Below are positions 39,280 to 52,875 of a stretch of DNA of 64,000 nucleotides, in pieces (position 1 is the first letter of the stretch; every line of letters begins with the position of its first letter). Under the pieces are notes generated by a model. That model was not told where the DNA came from and made no database searches. It worked only from the letters and a program-made list of their open reading frames with translations. The DNA is taken from assembly GCF_006345805.1 (NCBI RefSeq), contig NC_042998.1:162812001-162876000 (forward strand), given 5' to 3'. A program made the translations under genes and the position numbers. The stretch comes from Octopus sinensis. Lineage: Eukaryota.

Positions 39280-40192
39280 CCCGTAGAACAATCAAGTAAA
39301 CAAACAAGGGAACAAACAAATCCCTATCACCTTTCTCCTTTCTTCTCTCACTCCTCACCCATAATGAATAAATAAATAAACGAAGGGAAGCGAAAATTGA
39401 ATAACACAGCTGTTGCAACATTGTATTTGATAGCAGACTGTGTCGTCTCATGTAGCATGGGTTCAATATTTATGATCAAGACTTTACATAGCAGATAAGA
39501 ATGGTAAGTGCAATGCTGCGCGAAATTGCAACTGTATTATCTTGGACAAGTATAATTCAAATGTAGTAAAGTAAGAATAAATCATGGTCTACCATGATGA
39601 TTATTCTGGGATGGACTGCATTTTGTCCCGTCAGTAAAACACTTTGACAGTGTTTCACAAGCGCTAACTGTACTATCTCTGCCAGAGAGAGTAGATGATA
39701 GATCTCAAACTAACAATGTACACTGTACAAATTAGATTTATATAAACCACAATATAGTTTGTAATCACCAAGATCTCCACTGCTATTATTATAAATACAC
39801 ACCCTGAAATCTTCTTGTCTGTTGCCAGTTTGAGGAAGCTGTAATTTCTTGCTGTGCTTATCTAATGGAATGTATCATTTTTCACCAACACATTTACTAT
39901 CCCTTTGCTTTGTATTTACTTTGACCTCCAAAAACAGTGACAAAAAAGCCAATGCAAAAAGCAAAAACAGAAAATTTCTATTTCTATCTTCTCCCTCTTT
40001 GCAATGCTAAATATATATTCGTTTTAAAATTTCCATTGATCATCTCTTTACAGAAAACACGGTAAGATACATTGATATCAAAAGAAAAGGAGCAATATCT
40101 TATTAAATCATACGAAATCAAATGATTTTGCTGCACTTTTAGCAGCGGGATTTCAAGGCTGTCAAAGAACTCAATACTTTTAAAACTTAATA

Positions 40193-40264
<72 letters not shown>

Positions 40265-40268
<4 letters not shown>

Positions 40269-40470
40269 TCTGTTTCAGTCATTTGAATACGGCCATGCTG
40301 GAGCACCGCCTTTAGTCGAGGAAATCGACCCCAGGACTTATTCTTTGTAAGCCTAGTACATATTCTATCGGTCTCTTTTGCCGAACCTCTATGTTACGGG
40401 GACGTAAACACACCAGCATCGGTTGTCAAGCGATTTGTGGGTGGGCGAACACAGATACACAAACACACAC

Positions 40471-40514
<44 letters not shown>

Positions 40515-40670
40515 TACGACAGGCTTCTTTGAGTTTCCGTCTACCAAATCCACTCACAAGGCTGTAGTTGGCCCAAGGCTATAGTAGAATACACTTGCCC
40601 AAGGTGCCATGCAGTGGGACTGAACCCGAAACCATGTGTTTGGTAAGCAAGCTACTTGCCACACAGCCAC
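40265..40670 (-). mobile_element. Family-3 SINE, near full length, internal (TA)n
   Basis: Homologous to 27127; adjacent (CT)n 40192-40264 and (TTA)n 40700-40813. Confidence 0.9.
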
Positions 40671-40725
40671 TCCTGTGTGTTCTTTTTCTTTAGGTACTAG
40701 TTATTTATTGTTATTGTTATTGTTG

Positions 40726-40814
<89 letters not shown>

Positions 40815-40816
40815 GG

Positions 40817-41665
40817 CAAGAGGGTGAGGATCTAGCAGAATCGTTAGAGTGCTGAACGAAATGTTTAGCGGTATTTCATCTGCCGTTATGTTCTGAGTTC
40901 AAATTCCGCCGAGGTCGACTTTGCCTTTCATCCTTTCGGGGTCGATTAAATAAGTACCAGTTACGCACTGGAGTCGATCTAATCGACTTAATCCGTTCGT
41001 CTATCCTTGTTTGTCCCTTCTGTGTTTAGCCCCTTGTGGGTAGTAAAGAAATCGGTATTTCGCCCGCTGCTACGTTCTGAGTTCAAATTCCGCCGAGATC
41101 GGCATAGCCTTTCACCCTTTCGGGGTCGAGAAATTAAGGACCAATGAAACACTGAGGTCGATGTAATCGACTCATCTCCTCCTCCCAAATTTCGGGCCTT
41201 GTGCTTATAATAGAAAGGATTATTAAGGCGGAGAGCTGACGAAATCGTTAGCACGCCGGGCAAAATGCTTAGCGACATTTCGTCCGTCTTTACCTTCTAA
41301 GTTCAATTTCCGCCGAGGTCGATTTGACCTTTCATCTTTCGGGGTCGATGAATGAAATAAATACCAGTTGAGTACTGGGGTCGACGTAATCGACTTGCCC
41401 CCTTCCCTAAAAATTTCAGGCTTTGCGCCTATTGTAGAAAGGATTATTATTATTGACAAGAGGGCGAGGATCTGGCAGAATTGTTAGCACGCCGGACAAA
41501 ATACCTGTATTTCGTTCGGTTCTATGTTCCGAGTTCAAACTCTTCTCAGGCTGACTTTGTATTTCATTCATTCTCGCGGAGTCGATAAAATAAATGCCAG
41601 TCAAGCTCTGAGGTCAATGTAATTGACTAGCCCCTCTTCAGAAAATGTCAACTATTGTGCCCATA
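40817..41665 (+). mobile_element. Head-to-tail array of four family-1 SINE monomers
   Basis: Units start at ~40817, 41050, 41225 and 41455; the later units are separated by short att repeats. Confidence 0.88.
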
Positions 41666-43011
41666 GTCGAGAGAATTATTATCATTTCTGACTATCCCCT
41701 CAACTGTAACATTTGTATATTTATTTGGTCAGTTGTGTTTTTTTATATCTTAGCCAGCAAGTGAGAATTGTGCCTTTGACCCTTGACCGAGACCTCTGAG
41801 GCTGGTGGCGATGAGGGGAGAAGGTGTCTTCAAATGGGAGACCTATTTCAAATGCTTGCAATAATTGTAGACTCTGCTAAAGTCACTCAAAGATCAGATT
41901 GTAGTGTTAAACCGAGCGAATGATTAAGTCCGCCACTCAAGTAAGACACGGTCTGATTTGAGCCTAGAATACATTAGTCAATACGTCTTGACATTTAAGA
42001 AGCATGCATCAATATTGAGGTATGATTGTGAAGGAGATTTTCCTGCTTGTTCCTGCAAATCAATATACCACAATTTCCACTCCATACGGCTTTTGTTTTT
42101 CCATACATCACTCCGTGTTCCACCTGGGATGTTTCCCTCAGGGATGTTTCCTTGAGTCTTTGGATGTCTTGGGTCATTCAACATCAGAAACCTGCACCCA
42201 GGCGATTCAAAATGGGACTGTTCAAACACCAGCTTGTGACCAATTAGTACTATCGCTGGTAACACTGTCCCTTCCAGAGTTCACTTCGCTTGATTCACAG
42301 CCGCTTTGATACTGAATATATCTCACAGATTGTCACCATTCGCTTTGCTTATACATAACATAGAAGAAAATTTGACTGAAACTGAAGTTTCGTGCAGACA
42401 CTGAAAAACCTCCATTTGCAAAGATTGTTTCTAGCTGAACATGTTCTTACTAACTTGATTTTGCACTGTTAATTTGAAGATTCACCGTGGAACAAGATTT
42501 CCTTGCCATTAAACATTAATAAAATAACATTGGAAAATACAATATAAAGAAATTTAACATCCTAAAATAGAAAGAGAAATCGAATAAAATTCCAACGAAA
42601 ACACTATACATTAAAAAACAAAGGTTTTTTTTCTTCGGTTTCTCTATGTCTTCTCCCCACCTCTCTCTCTCCTTCTCTCTCTACGTGTGTAAGGCCAGAA
42701 CTTTTAATGAATGGTTGATATTTGAAAAAAGAAAAAAAATTTCTAAAGTTGCAAAATATTTTTAAGGATAGGGAAAGGAAGGTAATGTGTGTGAAAGGAT
42801 AAGAGAATAACTTTCTATACCTACCCATACTGAAAAAAAACAACAACAAAAAGAAAGTGTTAAATAAGAGAGGGAGAGAGAAGTAAGAAAGAAAAGGGAA
42901 GATGGGTGGGAAAGAGAGATAAAGAATAATAGAAATTTACTTACTGAATTGCTTGGTTCATTGACTTCTTAACTCACGCCAGTATAGCAAATTAATTATA
43001 TAATAATAATG

Positions 43012-43083
<72 letters not shown>

Positions 43084-43409
43084 GTGGTGCTGGTGGTGTT
43101 CGTTGTGATGATGGAGGAATTGGAGCTTCGGTTATAGCCATAGAAATGTAGAGAGGATGGTAATGATCAGCATGTTTGGGAGAAATGTGAAATAATTTTT
43201 TTTTTTAAATTGTAAGGTAAAAATAAATGCATAAATATAAAAATAGATAAATAGATAAATATAAATAAATAAATTAAGAAAGGAACAAATGGAAAAATGT
43301 TTCGACCGGTAGCTACAGTAACAAATCAGTGTTGGAACGTTGAAGAAGATGAGGAGGAAGGGAAAGATGGTGGAGAGGTGGAAGAGGCTGACCATGACGG
43401 CGATGACAA

Positions 43410-43426
43410 CGATGATGATGATGATG

Positions 43427-43461
<35 letters not shown>

Positions 43462-43513
43462 CCGTTTCTGACGTTGACCATAATGCTGATAATGATGATA
43501 ACGAAGATGATGG

Positions 43514-43544
<31 letters not shown>

Positions 43545-43727
43545 TGATGATGATGGTGGTGGTGGTGGTGATGGTGGTGGTGGTAATGGTGGTGGTGATG
43601 ATGATGATGATGATGATGGTGGTGGTGATGATGATGATGATGATGATGATGATGACGATGATGATGATGATGATGGTGATGATGATGGTGGTGGTGGTGG
43701 TGATGGTGGTGGTGGTGATGGTGGTGG

Positions 43728-43759
<32 letters not shown>

Positions 43760-43814
43760 ATGATGATGATGATGATGATGGAAGCAAGAAACAAAGACAA
43801 CGATGATGATGATA

Positions 43815-43865
<51 letters not shown>

Positions 43866-43950
43866 ATGGTAGTGGTGATGATGATGATGATGATGGAAGC
43901 AAGAAACAAAGACAACGATGATGATGATGATGATGATGATGATGATAAGG
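43410..43950. repeat. (GAT)n/(GGT)n compound repeat with higher-order duplication
   Basis: Marker ggaagcaagaaacaaagacaacg at ~43780 and ~43895. Confidence 0.9.
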
Positions 43951-44494
43951 AAAACAACGATGTCGTTCACTGTGATGATTTAAAAGAAATAAACAGCAAT
44001 TAATGTGTCATGAAATTTAAATGTCTAGAATTTTCCTAGAAAGGTTTCTGGCTGTTGTTGTAGTTGTTGTTGTTGTTGTTGTTGTTGTTATCGATGCTGT
44101 TATCGTTGTTCTCGCTGTTACTCGTTAACATTAAGCAAGAAGACACGTACACACACACAAATACACATAAATTCAGTTTTGTCAATTAGTTGATTGCGGA
44201 ACGGCTTGATTTGGTCACTATTATTTGCTATAATGTGATCGCAGTATTGATGAGTTAAATGCTTGCTTAGTAAACAGGTCAAACAGAAGTGAACTTATTT
44301 GAATTGGTCATTAAAGAAAACAGTTTTATTTTTAATTTGAAGCTCAGTTTCATTCGAAAGGCTGTGTTGTTAACTTCGCTTGTCTTTAAGACTGGATAAT
44401 TGTGCCAAAACCGTTATTTTAAAGACAAAAACTTAGAATTGATATATTTATATTTTGGAAATTTTCAATTAAGGTTATTTTAATTTAATACTCT

Positions 44495-45100
44495 TTCTCT
44501 CTTTTACTCTTTTACTTGTTTCAGTCATTTGACTGCGGCCATGCTGGAGCACCGCGTTTAGTCGAGCAAATTGATTCCAGGACTTATTCTTTTTAAGCCT
44601 AGAACTTATTCTATCGGTCTCTTTTGCCGAACCACTAAGTTACGGAGACGTAAACACACCAGCATCGGTTGTCAAGCGATGTTGAGGGACAAACACACAC
44701 ACACGTACACATATATATATATACATTTCTTCCATGGGTATGAGTAAGTATCTCATTTATTTCTTTGCCACATTTATCACTGATGAAGGAAGGGTTCTTA
44801 CGAACTAACCCTGAAATTGGTCCGATATGGTAATAATGGAATTTTTTAGAAATTTCTGTCGACCTTTTTTGAGTAGCGTGCGTATTGTGAAAAAATTACA
44901 ATGGTTATAGACAATGTGTCTAATTTCGGCATATTTGGCATTAGAAATTTTTTCGTTTGCCCTTATTTATAAGTTATATATATATACATATATACGACGG
45001 GCTTCTTTGAGTTTCCGTCTACCAAATCCACTCACAAGCCTTTGGTCGACCCGAAGCTATAGCAGAAGACACTTGTCCAAGGTGCCACGCAGTAGGACTG
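44495..45100 (-). mobile_element. Family-3 SINE interrupted by a ~250-bp insert (44726-44974)
   Basis: The tail half and head half are colinear with other copies; the insert lies inside the internal (TA)n. Confidence 0.85.
44775..44827 (+). ncRNA. Minimal type-I hammerhead ribozyme relic (Penelope-like)
   Basis: tatca-CTGATGA-agg...cct-GAAA-ttgg-TC-cgata: core, stem II and stem I positions all in register. Confidence 0.55.
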
Positions 45101-46283
45101 AATTTATAAATTGTTTTTTTTTTATTTTGCTTTGTTTTCTAAAAATACGGCGGGGAAATATAAACAAGGAGTGATGTATTTATATGAATGTATAACTGGG
45201 ATATTATTTGTTCACGGTTTCACGGAATATGTTCGAAGCTTGAGTCCAGCGCTGTTATATAGTTTATTTGTTAAGGAAGTGATTAGGTGGCGAGATGACA
45301 GAATCTTTACTGCACCTGACAAACTGCTTTGCGACATTTTGTTCGTCTTTGCGTTCTGAATTAAAACTCCGCCAAGTCGACTTTGCAGTACAAACTCTGC
45401 CGAAGTCGACTTTGCCTTTCATCCTCTTGGGATCGATAAAATAATTACCAGCCAAGTACCGGGGTTGAGGTAATCGACTTCCATCCCCATCCAACAAAAA
45501 TGTTTGCTGTTCCTGTTCCAAAATTTGAAACTATTTATTAAAGCAGCGCCTTAGCAGAATCGCTAGCACGTTGGAAAAAAAATTATTAGTTGCCTCTTTA
45601 CGTTCTGAGTTCAAATACCACTGATATTCTTTATCGCTTTTGTGGTCGATAAAATAAAATACCAGTCAAGTAATCGATTATTCCCTCCTTAGTTGCTGAC
45701 CAAAATTTGAAAAATTGTATATTTTATTTATTAATAAATTTGCTTCGGTTAGCAATTCAAACTCGAGACGATGTAGTTGTGAAAGAAATGTTTTAGCGCA
45801 TCAACCATTAGCTTCTTCAAATAACTGAATTGGACATTTGAAACTATTTCTGTATCTGTTTTTGAATTCTTACGATTCAGAATGCTGTACACTTTTACTG
45901 TTTTAAGTCTTGGACTTTGGCCATGCTGGGGTACAGCTTCCAGCAGTTTTAATCCAATATATCAAATACATTCCAGTCAGATCAATCTTTTATTTGTTGG
46001 GTGGAAACTGTGATGATGGAAACTATAGAAGCCCGTTAGGTGAACTGTAATTGTAATTCAAAGCTCCATAATTATCACATTGCGGTGACCTGATTTTGCA
46101 TCAGAATTATGAATTGAGAATATATGTGTCTATGGAATATTCAGCCACTTACACTATAACTGAAGGAACAGGTGAGTTATTCTTCACGGAAACCAACGGA
46201 GATCCATACTCTTTATGTATATATTTTTTGCTTAGCATTTAGTCATCATTAACACTTACACTTTCTTCCTCTTCCGTTCGTGT

Positions 46284-46501
<218 letters not shown>

Positions 46502-47459
46502 GCATGCGCACACACATACATAATATGTATATAATGGACTGTAAATATAGGTGAAGTCACATGCATGTCATGTCAATAGAATTTGTAATAATGATAGTAT
46601 TTAATATATTGCAAAATGTGATACACAAGGCACAACACATACGTTCATACGCCCACAAGTACATGCATTCATTCATATATATGTAGACGTATATTCATGC
46701 CTATGTATATAGATGCATACACCAGCTGTTAGCTATTAATATATAAAGTGGTAGAAAAACAACACAATATGCGTGTTACCTGTGGCAGTATCAGGTAAAG
46801 TAATCAGCTTTGCAATGAGTATGTTTGAGTGTGTATTGAGTACCTCTCTCTCTCTCTCTTTCTTTGTTCCTTTCTTTCTCCCTTTCTCTCCCTCTCTCTC
46901 CCTCTCTCCATGCGCACATATACTCACGCATGCATGCACACACATATGTATCGACTAAGACCCTTATATACGAACGTGTTTTTGTATATTGAGTTAACAT
47001 GAGACAAGTACGGTTGACAATGCCTTTAACTTTCGGGGGAAATTTTAGTTTACTTTGCTTTTTCTGTTTTGTTTTTATCTTTTGTTCCCTTTGCTTTTTT
47101 TCCCTATCTGCTGGTGAATCACATATATTGCATCGTACAACAAGGAAAGACAACAACCATAACAACAGCGGTATTACGGGGGGAAAATCATTGAAGGAAA
47201 TTATTCATATAGTCTATATTATATTCTCCGTCTGTCTGTTTGTATCTCCATCAATTTGAATATCATTGTCTATTACTTTACTCTTCCTTAACCTCCTTCC
47301 CTTCTCCTCCTCCGCCATCCCATCATCATCTCCATCGCCACCGCCATTTTCATGACTATTTCCCAATACTGTCATGGTTTGATCATGTTCAAGTCTTTTC
47401 TATAGTATACTGCCCTTCTTTTCTCTTTTTTAGTTTTTGGCTTTAAAAAGTAAAACGAT

Positions 47460-48543
47460 ATTCCCGAGCATTGCTATGTGGTTAAAAAGCTCGCTTTGCA
47501 ACCACGCAGTTAGGGGTTCATTCCCACTGCGCGGTATCTTTGGCAAGTATCTTCTACTATATCCCCAGGCCAAGCAAAACCGTAAGCAGATTTGGTAGAC
47601 GGAAACTGCATGTCGTATATATGAGTGTGCCTTTGTGTTTCTCCTCCGCCTCACCGCTTAATCACCGGGCTTGATTTGTTTGCGTACCAGTTAACTCAGT
47701 CGTTCGGCAAAAGAGAACGCTATGCTTTTGCCTGTAAGAAGATTCATTTGCTATACCTGGTAAAGTATATGACCCCAGAAAGATTTCTTTTTGTGGGGTT
47801 CTTAGACGGTATCGTTATCACTTAGGATAATGAAGACAGTTGCTCAGTTAAGATACTTTCTTATTACCCTTTTCTGCATGTGCTTCATATTTTTTGAGAT
47901 CACTTGTAACTTCTAAACATTTAGTCTTTTACCGTTTTCAGATTTTGAACCAAGCCCATACTGGAATATCACATTCAATTGCAATTATGATTCAGTCTCT
48001 TGGCTAGTACTTTTTCATGAATGAGGACATTTACTATTTCACTATCCTTGTATGCATATGAATGAGTGAATAGGCATTCTTGTGCGTGGGCGTGAGGACC
48101 ATTCATGTTTTTGTTCAAATCTGTGAAAGCACGTGGCTCAGTGTTTAGAGTATTTTGCTCACGATCGTATGGTTTTAGTTTCGATTCCTGGCGGTACGTT
48201 GTGTCTTTGAGCAAGATACTTTATTTCAAGTTACTCCACAGTCACTCAGCTGGCAAAAATGAGCAGTTCCGTTGATCAAATCACCTGGAACACTCGTGGT
48301 CGTAACCAACGGAATGCGAGATGTTCAAACTGCGATCAAAAATATCCAAATGATGGCTATACATCTTTTAAAGAATATATTGAACTGGTTACCATATTAA
48401 ATGTGACTCTGTTTTATATAAGGTGACAAAGGGTAACCACAAAGAGATTTATCTGCGATTTCTTGACTGTCTAAAAACTTTATTGGCGCTCTCTTACTAG
48501 CTCTGAATCTCTCTCTCTCTCTCACTCTCTCTCTCTCTCTCTC

Positions 48544-48579
<36 letters not shown>

Positions 48580-48870
48580 GCTAGAAAACAGTTAGTCGCA
48601 GGCATGGCTGTGTGGCGAAGAAGCTCACTTTACAACCACTGGTTTCCTGGTTCAATCCCACTGCGCGACACCTTGAACAAGAATCTTTTATTTAAGCCAC
48701 TGACTAACTAATGACTTGTGAATGGCTTTGCTTGACGGAAACTAAGTAGAATTCTATCGTTCTTAAAAACATTAGTGCTGGGGTCGACTTGTTCGAGTGA
48801 AATCCTTCAAAGTGTATTGCCCCAGCATGGCTACAGTTCAATGATTGAAACAAATCAAATATAAAAGATA
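47460..48870 (+). mobile_element. Degenerate SINEs: family 3 (47460-47720, 48600-48870), family 2 (48130-48320)
   Basis: Family heads, cores and tails. Confidence 0.7.
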
Positions 48871-49386
48871 TATGTATGTATATTGTTGTTTAGCCCCAGG
48901 TCAATCTTGATCAGGTAGACCAAAGACATCCCAATCTCGAGCATATTGTCATCTTCCTCTAAGCAGGAAACATCGTGTCATATTATCCGACGTGTTTTTT
49001 TTTGAAGACAGAAATGTACAGTTTGAAGGAGATTTGGCAGCAATTGTTGGTTGACTCGCGAGTCTGTGTACGAGTGAAGTTGATGTCTGATACTTACAGT
49101 TGAACGAGTCTCAATGACCGAAACCGGTACTGGAATATTTTTTATAAAATTATTTTAGCATTCCTACCTTGACATTTTTCCATATATATAACAACTCGTA
49201 TGTTCCTTTTCAACCTTCTACATACATCGTTGCGAGGTGCTGCAACAGCCGCACCGTCTGGCCCGAATCGCACGGCAGACACGTAACAGAGCCCGACAAC
49301 GGCAGCGTCCCTTTTTTGTATTACCTAACTGTCTGCATGTTTTGCGTTCTTGACCCATTTTTATATTATATATATATATAAATATA

Positions 49387-49387
<1 letters not shown>

Positions 49388-49467
<80 letters not shown>

Positions 49468-49495
49468 CGTGTGTTTGTGTGTGTGTGTGTGCATG

Positions 49496-49531
<36 letters not shown>

Positions 49532-49809
49532 TCGAATTTTGGCACAAGGTCAGCAATTTGGGGGAAGAGGATAAGTCGATTACATGGACCCCAGTGCCCA
49601 ACTGGTACTTACTTTATCGAAGCCGAAGAGGTGAAAGGCAAAATCGACCTCGGCGGAATTTGAACTCAGAACGTAAAAAACGGACGAAGTGCTGCTAAAC
49701 ATTTTGTCCGGCGTGCTAACCATTCAGCCAGCTCTCCGCCATCTGTGTATGTATATATATATATACATACAGTGTGTATGTATATGTTTGTGTATATGTA
49801 TGTACGTGC

Positions 49810-49853
<44 letters not shown>

Positions 49854-50563
49854 ATGTATATGTATTTGTATTTATCTGTATGTATATGGATATATATATA
49901 TATGTATGTATGTGTATTTGTATATAGGTATGCATGTGTGTGTTTGTATGTATAAATGTTTGTTTATTTGTATGTGTGTGTGTGTTTGTGTGTCTGAGTG
50001 TGTATATGTCTGTTAATGTGTGCAATGTGTGCATATAAGAAGGGATGAGAAATCCTTAATTGTGTATCATCCTCCACCCCTCCTAAACCTTCCTCTTCAG
50101 TAACCTTATACTGCTCCTTCTTGTCATCCTTCGACATTTCTTACCTCACAACAAATACATTTTCACTCCTCCGCGATTTAACTCGTTCATAGCATCGTAT
50201 TTCTGCCATCTATCCCCCACACTCCAAGTGGCGCTCCCTAGGTGTCCTTCCTGTCAGACAAACATGTGTGCGCATTCGTACGCAAACACATATAGACATA
50301 TACAAGCACACATACACAGTCACATGCAAATGCTTACACGTATACATACATACTCATCAAAAGGCAAATACACACAAACAAACACATACACATACATCAA
50401 AACAACCAGTCATACACTGATGCAGATACATGCTTTAAAACGCAGTCATACCTGAAACATACGTATACTGTTTAGTGTATGTATATATATACTTATATAT
50501 GTGTGTGTCTGCATATGTATGTATATATATATATGAATATGTGTGTGTATATATGTTTATATA

Positions 50564-50614
<51 letters not shown>

Positions 50615-50919
50615 TAATAAATAAAATAAAACATATGCATATATATAAACATATATGTACGTACCTACCTCTACATGTACATATACACGCATATATGAGT
50701 ACAGGACACCAACAGGACGTCGAACACAATGAGAAACGAGAACATAGACACAAACCAAAGGAACTGGACATTTATTTAAAAACAGCAAAAAAATAGAGTA
50801 CAGGACAATTAACACAAAGAAAACCCCCTTCTTCAGTCGCTAAAGATTTCATCTACTCTACGTTTCGAAATATATATATATGAATATATGTGTGTATATA
50901 TGTTTATATATATATTATT

Positions 50920-50981
<62 letters not shown>

Positions 50982-51060
50982 CACATATATATATACATAC
51001 ATACTCATATATATATATATATATTTATATATTAATGCATATGTATGTATATATGTATAT
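49388..51060. repeat. (GT)n/(TA)n-rich region with a family-1 SINE (49530-49742, -)
   Basis: Direct reading. Confidence 0.85.
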
Positions 51061-51094
51061 ATCTGTCCGGCATTCGCCATGATAGATCGCTAGC

Positions 51095-51248
51095 CACTAC
51101 GCATTCTTTATTTTCTCTCCTTGTTTCTTTCTGTCTTCCATTCTGTGGAAGAGCGTAGGCTCGAAACGTTAAAGACTTTTTCACTTCCCAAATACATGTT
51201 TGCTGTCTACACCACCCGTCTTAGTCTTTTGTTTTTTTAAATTCTCCT

Positions 51249-51292
<44 letters not shown>

Positions 51293-51935
51293 GTGTGTGT
51301 GTGTGTGTGTGTGTGTCTGTGTGTGTGTTTTTGTGTGTGTGTGTGTATAACTGTCAACCTTTTCCTTAAAAATTTTTTAAGTGTTACACTATTGAGAGAT
51401 ACTGAGTGCTCCTTTAATTTAATGTTTTACTGTTTTTTATATAACTAAACGTAAATCAAACACGCAAGTGTGTGGTTGTGTGTGTGCGCGCGTGCGCAAG
51501 TGTGTTGCTTCACACGCTATCGAGTGTTTTTAAAAAGCTCTTTTTATGTAAAGCTTTATTACCTAACATAAAAGATTAACCAAAAAATATAAAGCAAAAA
51601 AAAAACTACACACCCACTTCATCGTGGGTGTGTAGTGAGAATTTTGCTTCCTACAGGCATGGTCCCGGTTTTTGTCTCACTACGTGGCACCTTGGACAAG
51701 TGTCTCCTGCTATTGCCTCAGGCTGACCAAATACTTATGGATGGATTTTGGCTGACGGATGCTGAAAGAAGTCCGTCATGTATAAAAACAAAAGACGAAG
51801 GCAGGTGTATGAACAATAAGCAAGTTTATTAGTTTGACGCTTGGGAAAAATGAAAAAGGTGCTTTACGTTTCGAGCTTACGCTCTTCGGCAAAGGAAAAA
51901 GGAGTAAGAGAAAATAAACAGAGAGAGAATGAAAT
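51095..51935. mobile_element. Two inverted copies of a ~150-bp Penelope-LTR-like sequence (51095-51240 +, 51775-51935 -)
   Basis: Shared gaagagcgta(g/a)gctcgaaacgt(t)aaag...tcttttgtttt. Confidence 0.55.
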
Positions 51936-51974
51936 AAACATGTACAGTTCAGCGGCCCATATATATATATATAG

Positions 51975-52140
51975 ACGTTGGCGTGGATGTATGGTAAGAA
52001 TCTTGCTTCCCAACCACATGGTTCCGGGTTCAGTTCCACTGCGTGGCACCTTGGGCAAGTGTCTTCTGCTATAGCCTCGGGTCAACCAAAACCTTGTGAG
52101 TGGATTTGGTAGACGGAAACTGGAAGAGGCCCGTCGTATA

Positions 52141-52176
<36 letters not shown>

Positions 52177-52200
52177 TGTATGTATATATACATACATGCA
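51975..52200 (+). mobile_element. Family-3 SINE 5' half ending in (TA)(TATG)(GA) tracts
   Basis: ggttccgggttcagttccactgcgtggcaccttgggcaagtg. Confidence 0.85.
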
Positions 52201-52839
52201 TAGAGAGAGAGAGAGAAAAAGAGAGAGGGGGAGATTATGAGATGTAATGGTGTCAATAAGACCCAAAGGTGTCAGGTAACGCAGAATAAGTGCTATGGAC
52301 AGACGATAGTTAAGCTCCAGGTTCGGTGATTATGCGAATGAGGAGTTTTGGGACTAAACAACAATATCAATAACCACAATAGCTACAAAATCCATTTTCG
52401 GAGCCTTTACGTAGTCTCCCAACATGCTAAAACCAGCAGTCAAAGCTCTTTCCTATCTCACCATCGTATTCCATCTACCTACTAAGCAAGAAAGCAGCCA
52501 ACAATGAAATTAAATGCCAACCAAATTAGGTGCTAACTAGGTCTGACTAGACAAAATCCAACATCCATGACACATAAACCACGATTTTAGCAAAACAATT
52601 CACTGTCTTCTGTGTTAAACAGGAAGTCTGATATCCATGAAATGCAATATTTGACAACGAGGCTGATATAGAAGTGATGGTGGTCCTGATGAGGGTTTTA
52701 AAAGGAGTAAATAACAAACAGGATAGCATATGAGTGCGGGTTTCCTAAGACACTGAGATCAAGTGTCGACTCACTTCTGATCACCCGATTTAATCCCATC
52801 GCGCTGTGTTCCCGGTATATATAGGGAGAGGGACGCACG

Positions 52840-52875
<36 letters not shown>

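Noticed and set aside
41771-41789. TGACCC-T-TGACCG nuclear-receptor DR1-like motif
   Set aside because: A single short degenerate motif is plausible by chance in 64 kb; no supporting evidence.
43132-44003. 256/214/169-aa poly-His/Asp/Ile ORFs
   Set aside because: Stop-free (GAT)/(GGT) repeats are open in most frames.
50820-50875. Minus-strand cgaaacgt ... ctgaagaagggg
   Set aside because: Hammerhead motifs are present, but the stems do not pair in any topology.
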